A stretch of DNA of 64,000 nt from Octopus sinensis (lineage: Eukaryota). The notes below the pieces were generated by a model that saw only the letters and a list, made by a program, of their open reading frames with translations, had not been told where the DNA came from and did no database searches. Location: NCBI RefSeq assembly GCF_006345805.1, contig NC_043000.1, forward strand, positions 82,460,001-82,524,000, in the 5' to 3' direction. The position numbers were made by a program, and so were the translations under genes. This document shows positions 39,676-52,550 of the stretch, one piece after another (position 1 is the stretch's first letter; every line of letters begins with the position of its first letter).

Positions 39676-40206
39676 GTCAGGTCACTTTCTAGTGTTACTG
39701 GTAACATGTAACCCAGTACCCTGTTGCATGGTCGGGTCGTTGGTGACTAAACCGGCAACCCCACCAGGCTTGCTTGGTGAGGAGGGTGTTTATTGGACAA
39801 AACCCGTCAAAGGGCGGAGGAACTCTTGAGAGTCAACGGCCATCCAATAAATGTCTTAAGGCTGTATCATGCGCGGGGACATAGAAATAATCGGACTGAA
39901 TACCCGATCGCGCGGTTAAACCATTGAGAGTGAAGGACTCCTAGCCTTTGTTAGGGCATCCTTCAAGGAGAAGGTAACTCAAGTAACTGGGATAACTCCG
40001 AAATAAAACCTGCGGCTCAATGGTTACCGATGATGTTGACTTGTTCTTCTTTTCGGTTCATGGCTACTGTTGCTTAGTGAGTGGGATTGACTCAGTGCAC
40101 AGCCTTTCCTCACTTAAAAAAAAATCTTCTTGCACAGGCATTGCACGATAACAACATTGATTAAGCTTCGTGCAATGTCCATACTCGATAACGAGGGGCA
40201 GCCACC
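39674..40206 (+). other. Highly structured non-coding element within (TA)n; possibly an RTE-type 5' UTR or non-autonomous derivative
   Basis: Several 12-14 bp stems and a candidate pseudoknot; (TA)n on both sides; no ORF; RTE link is recalled resemblance only. Confidence 0.5.
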
Positions 40207-40493
40207 ATATATATATATATATATATATATATCTTAAATTTGAGTAGACACCTAGTAGTATGCAGTTGAAAGGGTGCCACCAATTATAGGCAAATATCGG
40301 AAATATATTCTATTCGAAATAAGCGAAACGGAGATTAAAGAGCAAGGTACCTTTTGATAAGTCACAAGACGAGGTACATCTGCATCGAATGATACACTAC
40401 AACCAGTTATACAGAATCTAGCCCATTATGGGTCGAAACGATCGTAGTGGTTAATAAAGAATCTCGTCATTTCCATTTTCTTTCTCTCACATG

Positions 40494-40597
<104 letters not shown>

Positions 40598-41559
40598 TTG
40601 TGTGTGTGTATTGAATTTCCATGTATATAAGCAATTTATATTATTCTGTTTTTGATTTAATTTTGACTCGCTTTTTAACGTTTATATTTTCCCGTGAACG
40701 GTCAATCGTTTTCATCCAACAGATTGTTGTTATTTTGGAAATTAATAACACCCTATCCTATCGGCTTTAAATGTTTATTGCATGAGTTACTAAATAATTA
40801 TCACTGCGCCATTTATTAACATTTAGAAACTATCAATTTTTTTTTTAAATACTCACATTTGTCTGATGATCACTTACGTGAAACTATGAGTAGCAGTCAC
40901 TGAAGTCTTTTCAGCGTTAATAAAACACCATTTCATTCTACCTTTGGTTTTTCGAGTGCTAATTTCACCACTTTGCTTTGCAGTTACATGCTTGTATGCG
41001 TACGTATGCGTATGTGTGTGTATACATACACACACATATATACACACAAACACAAATGCATGTATGCTTACATACATATATGCGCATGTACATGTATGTA
41101 TGTATATATGTATAGAAAGTAACACACACAAACATATAAATGTGTGTATATATATATATTTACACACACACACACACACACATACTTTTGTGTTTATGCA
41201 TGTATGCATATGTAAGTATGTATGTGTATGTATTTCTGTATCTACGAAAATATGCATATATTCATGTGTGTGTATAAGTGTGATGATGATGATGATGGTA
41301 ACACGTGCGCGCCTTTTTACATACACACGAAACAATTTTTGTACAGGCACACAGTTACACGCACATACGCGCGCGCACACACACTCATTCATGTACAGGC
41401 ACAGTTTCACACTTATAACCAGGCATACATACTATGAGACAAACACACACTCGATATCGATTGATTTTGAATATTGATCTGGCAATTGATGTTAAAATGG
41501 CGGCAGAAAATCACTTTGAAGATTGTTTGGTGAGGAGTAGAGGTGTGAGTTAGAGGGAG

Positions 41560-42780
41560 TGATATTGGTGATATTGGTAATATTGGCGATGGCAACGGCT
41601 TTGGCAATGATGGAGGTGGTGGTGGTAGTGGTGTTGGTGGTGGTGGAGGAGGCGGTAGTAGTGTTGGTGGTGGTGGTGGTGGTGGTGGTGGTGGTGGTGG
41701 TGGTGGTGGTGGTAGTGGTGGTGGTGGTGGCAGCAGTGGTGGCGGCGGTGGCGGCGGTGGCGGCGGCGGCGTTGATGGTGGTGATGGTGATAACTGTTGC
41801 TGTAGTGATTGTAGTGTTGGTGGTTGTGCTGGTGTTGGTGATAGTGGTGGGTGTGGTGCTTGTAGTGATAATGATGGCTGTTACTATTTTTATTGCTTAG
41901 CCCAAGGTCAGATCTTATCCAGCAGATATTATCATGAATAAAGTTCCAATTTTGACCATCCTGCCTGGACTACCTCGCTTTTCAACGTGTACTTGGCTCA
42001 AAAATAGTGTTATATGGCTGTTTTTTCTAGCAGATTAACCGACGACGTAAAGGTGCACTCCGACTGGATGGCTCTGTGATATATTTGGTATTGGTGGTTG
42101 TGGTAGTGGTACTGTTTAAAGCAACTTTAATGCTGTTAACTGTTGTGACGCTGGTAGTAGTGTTAACCGTTGGTAGTTATATTAATCGTGTGGCAGTTGC
42201 AGTTTTCTTAGTAGTTGCTGTAGACTCGGTGACAGTAGTGCTTGTGTTGTTGGTGGTAATGGCATTATTGGTCGTTGATGTGGTTTGGGTGGTAGTTGTA
42301 GAGTTTGTGGTTGTTGATGGTAGTAGTGTTGTTGTTAGTAGTAGTGGTAAGGTCTTTTGTGGTAGTGGTTGTAGTGTTGCTTGTAGTTGCAATGTTTGTT
42401 GTAGTTGTGGTGTTAATGTTAGTTGTACTGTTGTGGTTATAATTATGGTGTCGGTTGTAGTGGTAATAGTTGTTGAGCTGGTGATGCTAATGTTTGTAGT
42501 GGTTGTAGCAGTGGTAACGGTGGTATGTATATGGTGGAGGTTGTGGTACTAATGCAATGTGACATCAGAGTATTGGAGATCTATTTCTACCACGTACAGG
42601 CCTCTCTTTCTCTGTTTGATTGGGATGCTATTGTTGTTGATAGTGAATAATGGTGGTGGTGGTGGTGGTGGTGGTGGTAGTGGTGGTGGTAATGGTGGTG
42701 GTGGTGGCGGCGGTGGCGGTGGCGGTGGCGGCGGCGGTAGTGGTGACTATGATGATGAAGATGGTGGTGGTGATGATAGT
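41560..42780. repeat. Degenerate GTG/GTA/GTT/GGT triplet-repeat region with a short repeat remnant near 41890-42060
   Basis: Directly visible low complexity. Confidence 0.8.
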
Positions 42781-43681
42781 TGTAGGTAAGGGACTACATT
42801 TTATATAAGGAACATTCTTTAATATGTCCTTTCATATTTTACGATAACAGCATAATTTGAGGGCGATTCGGGTGATATTTCTAGCAGGCCAAACTACCAC
42901 GTAGAGACATACTCGCTGGCTAATCCACAGACGCCCCGTGTAGGGAGAAGAACAATCGTCACCATCACAATAATCAGTTATGTATAAATTTTCATTAAAC
43001 GTAGGTGTTGTACGCCGAACGATGAAGAAGTTCACCTCTCAACCACGCGGCCCCGGTTCAATACCACAGCATGTCATTTTTTATGGCTTTGAATTGACCT
43101 GTAACTTGTGAGAAAAATTATTTCGGTGAAACCAAATTAAAGTCCGTCGGGTGGATTGTATCTGTAATTCAAAGAGTACGTGTGGAATATTCGGCCATTC
43201 CCTCGTTAATTCAGGACCAGATTATCCAGTTGATTGAACAAGTGAATCCTCGTTGTCGAATGACTGAGGTCAATCCACCATTGTTTCATACGACGCTTGG
43301 TCAAATAATTTCAAGAAATAGAAAATCTAAAAACTACTGTCGCCCGTTGGATGACATTAAACATAAAAAGGATGGATTCTTGTTTCCCCAATATTCACGA
43401 GAGAGAGACTTCAAATAGACTTCCAGTGAAATATTGTCAAATAATCATTCTTAAATCCTCTGTGGTTTTGACGATGTGCGAACAGTTTTTTCGGCGAACT
43501 GTATGTCCGATTCGTTAAATTAAAGTATAAGTGCCTGGATATTTCAGAAACACATATATTGTTAAAGGCACTTGTCCACAATTGTATCGGACCCTGGACT
43601 ATAACTGCGAAGCAGCCTGCGCGACAAATCCAGCTATACCTACATCTACATAGTCATTAGAGGCTACACATTGGCTATTAC

Positions 43682-44539
43682 AAATAGCAGTCAAATTTTC
43701 CTCAAAGCACACACTCTACACTCTTGTACATATATAAGCCAATGAAAGAGCCACTTTGAGGTAACTCAGCGAGCTAGAAATAACAACGAAATCTCTCACA
43801 TTATCAAATAGCTATTAGAGATGTTACAAAGAAAGAAAACCCAATGGGACGAGAGCTAACACAAAAGCTCCAATATGGCCATTCGACTCGCAAAAAATAA
43901 CTGCCAGATCTTTTGGAAATTGCACATACTTTCTTATATAAAGGCAGGATGGCTTAGAGTTCTAAGTACTGTGTACACCTAAAAGAAAAACAAATGATAA
44001 CGCCATGAATGCCTGTAGTCATAGGTTCCCTCAGTGAAGATTTACTGAGAGCTAAACAACAACCCTATGTGACACGAGCAATGAGTAAGCCTGGACGTAA
44101 GCCTCCACGAAATAGCAGCTAAATCTCTATCAAATCTCACTTGTCCTTAAAAATCTAAGGACAAGTTAGGTAAACAATGATTGTTAAGGCTGAACGGTCA
44201 CGATTAGAACATCTTTGCTCATAGTCAGCAGAAAATGTGAAACGAAACAAAGTCACTGTTGTTGTTCAATCCCAGGTCAGCTTTCAACTAGTAGACCTAC
44301 CATCAAAAGAATACAGACACGATGTATCTAGAACTACATTATACGGTGACTTTTCCTTTTTAACAATGTACAGTGCGATGAGATTTGGCTGCTATAACTA
44401 GCTCATAAATAAAGACAGTGAGGTATGGGGTTTGTAAGAGATTTCGTTGTTATTTCTAGCCCGTTGAGTGATCATAAAATGGCTTGTATATGTACAAGAG
44501 TATAGGATATATGCTTTGAGGAAAAGTTGACTGTTATTT
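43682..44539. repeat. Inverted repeat pair (43682-43796 / 44437-44539) with further copies of a GAGCTAGAAATAGCAGCCAAATCTC-like motif
   Basis: 25/26 identity in the core; flanks alignable. Confidence 0.75.
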
Positions 44540-45389
44540 TTAGTACACTGAATGACGCAGAGAGGTTCACTCAGTGGCTTATACATATATGCACACGTGT
44601 TAGGTGTGTTAAACAAGGAAACTTAGCTGCTATTTCTATCAGAATGAATAACTACGTACCTTGCTTGTTTACATGTACAAACATCAGACTGTAAGATATA
44701 TGATTTGTGGAGGATTCGCCTGGCATTTCTGATAAGTCGAGTGACCCGATAAAAGCTTGTTCATTGTCTTTTGGAACAAGTGAAACTATGGCATCAAAAC
44801 AGGGTTCATAGTTTAGAAAAATATGGCGGATGTGTGATGAGAAAAAAAAAAGAAAAAAAGAAATTGGCTTCATTAAACTCTAATTGTAAACAGACAATAC
44901 ATCCCATTGTTATTACTTCCTTCTATAAAAGCAATTTTAATCAATTTATTAGTGGAGAGGTTATCCTGATCGAAGTTAAAAAACTGCATAGAATTTGGCT
45001 AATTGTATACTTATAAATGCATACATACATATATGCACACATGCATACATACATACATACATACATATATACATACATACATACATGCATACATATATAC
45101 ACAAATATATGCATACATACACACACACACATACATTTACAAATACATGTACGTACACGCATACATATGTACATATACAAAGACACACATGTAAATATGT
45201 GTGTGTGTGTGTGTGTGTTCTTTTATAGACATGTAGTATAATTTACACGTTCCTTCATCTTCCTTTCTTTCCAGTAACTGCTTTTCTTTCTAATTTTTTT
45301 TCAGAAGTAGATATAACTAATGTTCAATGCTGTACAATACAGGATAAATGTCAAAATTCACTCACTATATCTATCTGAACAGTATTGTT

Positions 45390-46760
45390 TGTATCTAAAT
45401 AGTTTTTACCAACGTCTTCTGATAAGTTTCAATATTTATAACTCATCAGTATAAGTTCATAGATAATTATCTCTATGTCAGTAGTGAATATAAATCACAG
45501 TTCTTCAAAGACATGTATATATAGCATAAGATATATGTCTATAAGATAAAATGAAAAGAAAATAGTTCACCAGACTGACTCGTTCAGTAATCTAAAAATT
45601 TGTTTCTTTCACACGGGATAAGTTCTAATTGCTTAGACGCTGTAAATAATCTACTTGGTAAGACCAATGCTTGACAGTATTGTCATATTTTCCAGCTTTA
45701 GCGGCTTTTTACTACGATGCAGTTGCTCGTGCTCTGTTTATCATCAATGGACACTCAGTATTCTGACAATTATATAATTGTCTTCTTATTGGTCTGCATT
45801 GTTTCGAAGGATTGCATAGTTGTACAATGAAATCATTCCTTTTATAGAAGAGATTTAGAAATAACCGGTTTTTATGTTGTTCCTTTTGGATAATTTTTGA
45901 AGTTTGTTATTTCGGAAGTGCTTGTTGATTAAGGAAACTAATTATTTTGCTGTCTGTGTTATAAGGCTGTGAATTGAACCAGATCGTATTTAACTCTCTG
46001 ATCTAGAATTTTTTATGTTGCTTGTGGAGGGAAAGTTATATGGTATTGCATTTTTGAAGTGGTTATGCGCGAGTGCCTGGCTATGAAAGTTACTTCAAGA
46101 AGGGAGAGTCAGTTATTCATTTAATAACATTTGGGAGATAGCTGGAATCTGAATGTGTGTGTGGCGGGGAGGTCGGTTGTAAGATTTTATATGTGGTTTG
46201 TAGGAAATTACTTTTAGATTCCTCATTATATCCAACAAGGTGGGAGACGTATAGATTTCTATGATTATTTTAAGATCAAACTTTTGAAGGTGTTTTTTTT
46301 TTCTTTTTCCTGGCGTTTCGATCGTGCGAAATCACAGAACTTTCTTTACTGCACTCGTCCCTGCTTGTATTCTTTCCTATTTTCGATAGTTAGCTCAGTA
46401 TAAATAGATTTTTGATTTTAAGCACTTCAGCCACGCCGTATTTGCCTTCAAGACTTCTAAAATTTTTCAGCGTTTTTAGACCCAGAATTCACTGTCCTGA
46501 CATAACAAAGAGTGTCTGGAGTGTGTTATGTTTCCAGCTCATCTAATGTTAGGATAATGTGTTTAGATGCAAATAATATGGCATTATGGAGGTGGTTTTG
46601 GTGATAAATGGGTAAAAATTTACGAATCAATTTATTACATAGGTAGTGTTTTGTTACATAACAGTTTGTGCAGAACGTTATTCGAAAGTGAGGGGTGAAT
46701 TTCTCCTCAGCCTGTCTAATTCGCATTTTGCGGGGTTAATTAGCATATAAACAGAAGCCG
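45390..46760 (-). mobile_element. Decayed Penelope-like element (RT, linker and start of the GIY-YIG region)
   Basis: Frameshifted motifs LINPAKCELDRL, VNFYPFIT, YGVAEV (cf. YDGAE), SRDEC (cf. YRDDG), IWFN..PYN, LINKHFRNNKLQKL.KRNNIK.GY, YNCQNTECPL; CTGATGAG..GAAAC at the 3' end. Confidence 0.75.
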
Positions 46761-46800
46761 TACAAGTACATATTTGTATTTGCGAAGAAAATGATTAATA

Positions 46801-47016
46801 CGAGGGGTTACTGAAACGTTCCTGGCTTTAAGGGTATCACGAAAGGCCTGTTTGGAGGCCCAACCTTCCGAGTTCTTTTAAAGGGCTTAGAAAAACCGAT
46901 TGATCGCTTCAATAGGTGTGTGAATTTGAGAGAGAATATGTTGAATAAAATCATAATTGACTTATCCTCCTGTATTTTCTTTTACCAGAAGCCAGGAACT
47001 TTTCAGCAGCCCCTCG
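46801..47016. mobile_element. Mariner-type MITE, copy 1
   Basis: TIRs CGAGGGG.T.CTGAAA.GTTCCTGGC; TA/TG flanks; homolog at 60380. Confidence 0.85.
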
Positions 47017-48729
47017 TGCACATATGTTCTTAGAAGGCATTATGGTATTTGTACACTACAACAATATAAGAAACTTTAAATATATATTACAGTGACATAT
47101 ACGACGATAAAAATAATGAATACACAAGGAAAGCAATTGCCACAGGGCTAAGACAATGCGTCACTAACAGTATATGCCGGGAAAATGCTTATTCTGCCGT
47201 TAGGTCAACTGTACGCAACAGTGGATATTAGAGGCATTAGTGTTTGCACATGTTATTATTTATAACTATCATCGCTGTTGTTAGTAATGGTTAAGCTTCA
47301 GACGCCTTATAGCATAACTATAGAAACAAAGCCACAATAAATGTGTGTACAAGATAGTGGAACAACAAACATCTCATTGGCAAAACAAGGCCTCTCGATA
47401 TTACTTCGTAAAATGTGTGATTCAGCAATAAAATAAAGGTATTAAAGCCAAAGGAATAACTCACAGATTGCTATCAAAGAGAAATAATGCAATGTGGCCA
47501 ACAAAGCAAAAATATATAAAATACAGAACTCAGAAGAATGGGAGACTAGATAAGATAAATAATAATACAGAAAGAAAATATTAGGCGGGATCGTTGTGAA
47601 TAGTAATTAGATAAATAACCTATTAAAAGAATGGCGAAATAAATTGTTAAACAACTAAAGGGATAAATAAATAATTGAATAAGTAAATGGATAGATTAAG
47701 TAAATAGATAGTTAATTGCATAACAAAATAATTAAATAATTGGCTAATGATTAATAATTAATTAATTAAAATAGAAGATAAGATAGATAGTAAACCAATG
47801 TAACATGATATGACAAGGATAAATGATAGGGATATACGATGGCGACATAAAGTTGATGTGGAGGTAGTACAGGAGAACAGAGAATGAAGTGGAGAAGGAT
47901 GAAGATGCATTTTGGTATTTACTGTAAAGGCACCAAAAGAAAACGACTCTCCCCAGACACAACAAAATACGCTTCAACACACGAACTCACATAAAGAATC
48001 TTGCCGACCAAATCCAAAAACGAAGTAATAATACAGAAAGTTACATGGTACCTGTAATCATATATTAATTTTTCACTGTTTAGGTCACTGGTATTTGTAA
48101 TATATGCGATGTGTAATCACAAGTATATGAGATTACTGAAGGTAACTGGTCATGAAAACTGACTCGTCACTATTTATATTCATTGGTTCAATCGAACCCT
48201 GCCATACGGACTTAGAAATTTGGGTATTATGTGCCAGCTCATAGAGATGCGCAAGAGCACTTGAATGTCTGAGCCGATCCCCGACTGTTTATCGAGTCTC
48301 CGGCTGGGCAAAGTTTAAGGTTAAATTTCAGTTGAAATGTCATATAAGCGTCCCTAGGATTCAGATATAGGTTTGAGGACAAATATATGGAATTAAAAGT
48401 CAAATAGCTTCATCATTGCAAATATCCTCACCTTTGCAGCCAGGCTCATTCACAGACTGTGTTAGTACACAAATACAAAATAACTCCATTTAATAAAGAA
48501 ATGTTGCCACTCCACCGGAGATCACCCCTTGTTTTATGATATAAATTTCTTGTTTTAAAATTATCCATATTAAAACCTTCCAGCAAAATTTCATGTTGAA
48601 TTATAATGCAAATACGTGCAATGACAAATATATTACTAAATTCTTGATTATTTTCAAAGTTAATCGAAGCAAAAGCAGTGTATTTTAATAGAAACATGAT
48701 AACTAAAGGGTTAAGAGCATATATATATA

Positions 48730-49591
48730 TAGGGTATGCGAACTAAATTTGGTAGTTGACATAAAAAGGAAAACAAAACACCATATCCCATCCAAAATTA
48801 TGTTATTATATAAAGTTAAAAAATCTCAATCATATCATGGCTGGAAGATAACACTTTAGTCAAAGTAGCTGCCCTCATATTCCACCACGGCTTCAGAACC
48901 GGGCGCATAGGCTCCTCACTGTATCGCTGGGAAGATCTCTGAACACCTCCTTCATCTTGGCCTCCCTGATGGTGCAGGCAGAGCAGTTGGTGTCTTTCAT
49001 CCCACACATCGTAATCCATAGGATTATAATCGCGTGACAGGTTAGAAATCGGGGCTGGTGAAGTCGTTGAAATTCACAGTCAACCGCTTCTGACATTTTC
49101 TGGATGTATGACAAGGAGTCGAATCTTGCTGCCACAGATATATATGGCTTTCAGCAGCAATCCTCTTCAACCAGGGTTTGACCACACTCTCCGGCAGCTT
49201 CAAATAGCCTTCTGAATTGAGCTTAAGGCCCAGTTCAAAGATGTGGGAATGAACTCCAGAGTGCGGAGGCACGAACACATTTTGTGTCCCTTCCAGCTGG
49301 CTACGGTTTCGTAGCTGTTCATGTCACGTCTTACAGCCTTTGCAGTGTTCACAGAGCATTGGACAGCAGTCATAATGTCGGTATTTTGATACTTCGTCCC
49401 GAATCATCATCATACAAGTAAATCTTTTCTAGTATTTAGATGGGCCTCTAGTCCTCCATATCAGGTAACCTTTTCTCAATTACAACTTTAAATCTTTATG
49501 CTCTCAAACGCCATTGACTCTTCGCCAATTCATCAAGCAGTTCCTGAAGAAAGGAGATATAAAAATCTTCAAATTTGGCCCGAACGCCCTG
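48730..49591 (-). mobile_element. Internally deleted Tc1/mariner (maT/DD37D-like) element
   Basis: YLWQQDSTPCHTSRK, MDYDVW, KDTNCSAC, EVFRDLPSDTVR..CARF; imperfect TIRs with TA flanks. Confidence 0.8.
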
Positions 49592-49866
49592 TATAAGTTC
49601 ATAACTGAGTTTTATTCTACGAGTTTGAGAACAGCAGAACTTGGAGCCAGACTCATGGCTTGTTTGCAAACTTCAATTTTTGGCACTTAGATATATAGCC
49701 CATGGTTTCAAGTTGGAATTTTCAATACGTTATATATTTACATGCGTGTGTGTGTGTGTGTTCGCGCGCGCGTGTGTGTGACTTTTGTTTCATAGATTAT
49801 TTCTGACTTAAATATCTTTTTCCGAAATTCTACACTTTAGTATACAATATATTATAAATCAATATA

Positions 49867-50037
49867 GGCGCAGGAGTGGCTGTGTGGTAAGTAGCTTACT
49901 TACCAACCACATGGTTGCGGGTTCAGTCCCACTGCGTGGTACCTTGGGCAAGTGTCTTCTACTATAGCCTCGGGCCGACCAAAGCCTTGTGAATGGATTT
50001 GTTAGACGGAAACTGAAAGAAGCCCGCCGTATATATG

Positions 50038-50068
<31 letters not shown>

Positions 50069-50294
50069 GCAAGCGTGTGTATATGTTTGTGGGTCTGTGC
50101 TTATCCCTCCAACATCGCTTGACAACCGATGCTGGTGTGTTTACGTCCCCGTAACTTAGCGGTTCGGCATAAAGAGACCAATAGAATAAGTACTAGGCTT
50201 ACAAAGAATAAGTCCTGGGGTCGATTTACTCGACTAAAGGCGGTGCTCCAGCACGGGCGCAGTCAAATGACTAAAACAAGTAAAAATAAAAGAA
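49867..50294 (+). mobile_element. Full-length SINE family A
   Basis: GGCGCAGGAGTGGCTGTGTGGTAAG head, CORE-like block, internal microsatellite, tail. Confidence 0.9.
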
Positions 50295-50823
50295 CAATCC
50301 TTCATTAAACACTTATTTGGGTGTATATCACAAAGCTTTCTTGTAAATATGTAGCTATTTTTTAGTAAACATTGAATTCATTTTTCACAAGAGATTAATT
50401 TTAAAAAATACCTTTCTTTTTGCGAAACATACAACCGCGTTAAATCTGCAAAGGATATACAGATTGTACAGTCTTTAACTAAATTAGCAACTTTATGAAT
50501 AGTGTACAGTCGGCGTGCTTGTAGAATCGTTAGAGCGTCGGATAAAATATTTTCTGCTACTAATTCTGGTCTCCGACTTCTAATTATACTGAGATCAACT
50601 TCAAAATTCACCCTTTTGGAATCGATAAGTACCAGCGCTGGAAACGAATCTTCTTTTCTATTCTTATTCTCTCTATCTCATATTCTCTAATTTCTTAGAA
50701 AGACATCGATTGCCCCCAGACTAGTGTTGGGAGGAAATACTTTTCTGCAAGAAATTATTAGTAACCAGTATAGTTGGTTTGTAATTGTGACTCCATCAAC
50801 AAATGTGTGCATAAGGAAGGATG

Positions 50824-51205
50824 TACACAGAGTTTATAAACTGCACCCATTTTAACTAAATTTGCTTATATCTTTGTGAGAAGGAGAATGGAAACTGTCA
50901 TGATAACATTTTTGAGGTATTAAAAAATAGAGGAAGGAATTCCGACTCATGGGTTATCCTAAAGTCTGAATCCCGTTTTTAACGCTTGCAATTACATGGA
51001 CACCGCAAAAGGTATTAAACCAAATCACGAATGGTGAGCATAACTAAAGGAGCAGGTAAGGACACAGCAGGTGTTCTTGCGTTTGCACGCCAGAGTTCAT
51101 CCCCACATCTTTGAACAGGGACTTAAGTTCAATTCAGGTGGCTATTTGAAGCTCCTGGACACTGTGGTCAAACCCTGACTGGAGAGGGTTGGTGATGGAA
51201 GACCA

Positions 51206-51210
<5 letters not shown>
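50824..51210 (+). mobile_element. Second maT-like fragment, inverted relative to 48730-49591
   Basis: [28 protein letters not shown] vs HIFELGLKLNSEGYLKLPESVVKPWLKRI. Confidence 0.75.
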
Positions 51211-51257
<47 letters not shown>

Positions 51258-51277
51258 TGGTCTTCCATATATATGTC

Positions 51278-51364
<87 letters not shown>

Positions 51365-51912
51365 ATATATATATATATGTATGTATGTATGTATGTAAAT
51401 ATATATATATATATACACAACTTCCATTACAATTTTATCTTCTTAAAGCTTAGATCGATTCCAGCTTTGTATGTAGAAGATATTTCGCGAAGACGCTGCT
51501 TGTAGAACCGAACCTGAAACCACGTGATGCGAACTTTTTGATTATGTGATATAAGACTTACACAAGACATAAACACAGCTCATAGGTCCTGCATAAAGTA
51601 TTTCGTGCCTATACCAAGTATATTCAAGCGATAGAATGCCTAGAAATTAGTATCTTTTGCCTGAAGAAAACCAGAAGAATTTATAGATCGGTTATAGTCT
51701 AACACAGTTAATTATCAACGGGACCTTGGGAATAAGAAAGGTTTCTTGAATATAAAAACAATAAGAAATTTAGATTAGCCTTCAATAAAGCGAATAGAAT
51801 AACTCACACATTGTCATGAATGTCAACGGAAAGTATTTCGTTGCACATAACGGAAAACGGAGAAGAATGTCAATATCTAGACAGGCACATGATGAGTGTG
51901 TGTGTGTGTGTG

Positions 51913-51953
<41 letters not shown>

Positions 51954-52221
51954 AGTGTGAATGCCTGTGAAAGTGCGTGTGTGTGTGAGTGTGCATCTGT
52001 GTGCGTGTACACATATACAAACATACGTACATGTAGATAACATATATGTACACAATTGTATATAATACTTATTATATATTATATATATTGCATAAACGTA
52101 TATTATATAACACACAGACACACACACACTTATACATGCATATGTGTATATATATATATACATATATACACACATACATACACATAAATGTGTGCGTGTG
52201 CGTATGCTACACACACATTTG

Positions 52222-52550
<329 letters not shown>

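Noticed and set aside
39737-39855. Canonical HDV-like ribozyme at the start of the structured element
   Set aside because: The segment between the putative P2 and P1 3' strand is ~35 nt, too long for P3/L3, and there is no CC for P1.1; kept only as a general structured-RNA candidate.
42076-42552. Mucin-like Thr-rich (minus) or Val-rich (plus) ORFs
   Set aside because: Degenerate triplet simplicity with frame breaks; similar tracts occur at 29900 and 55560.
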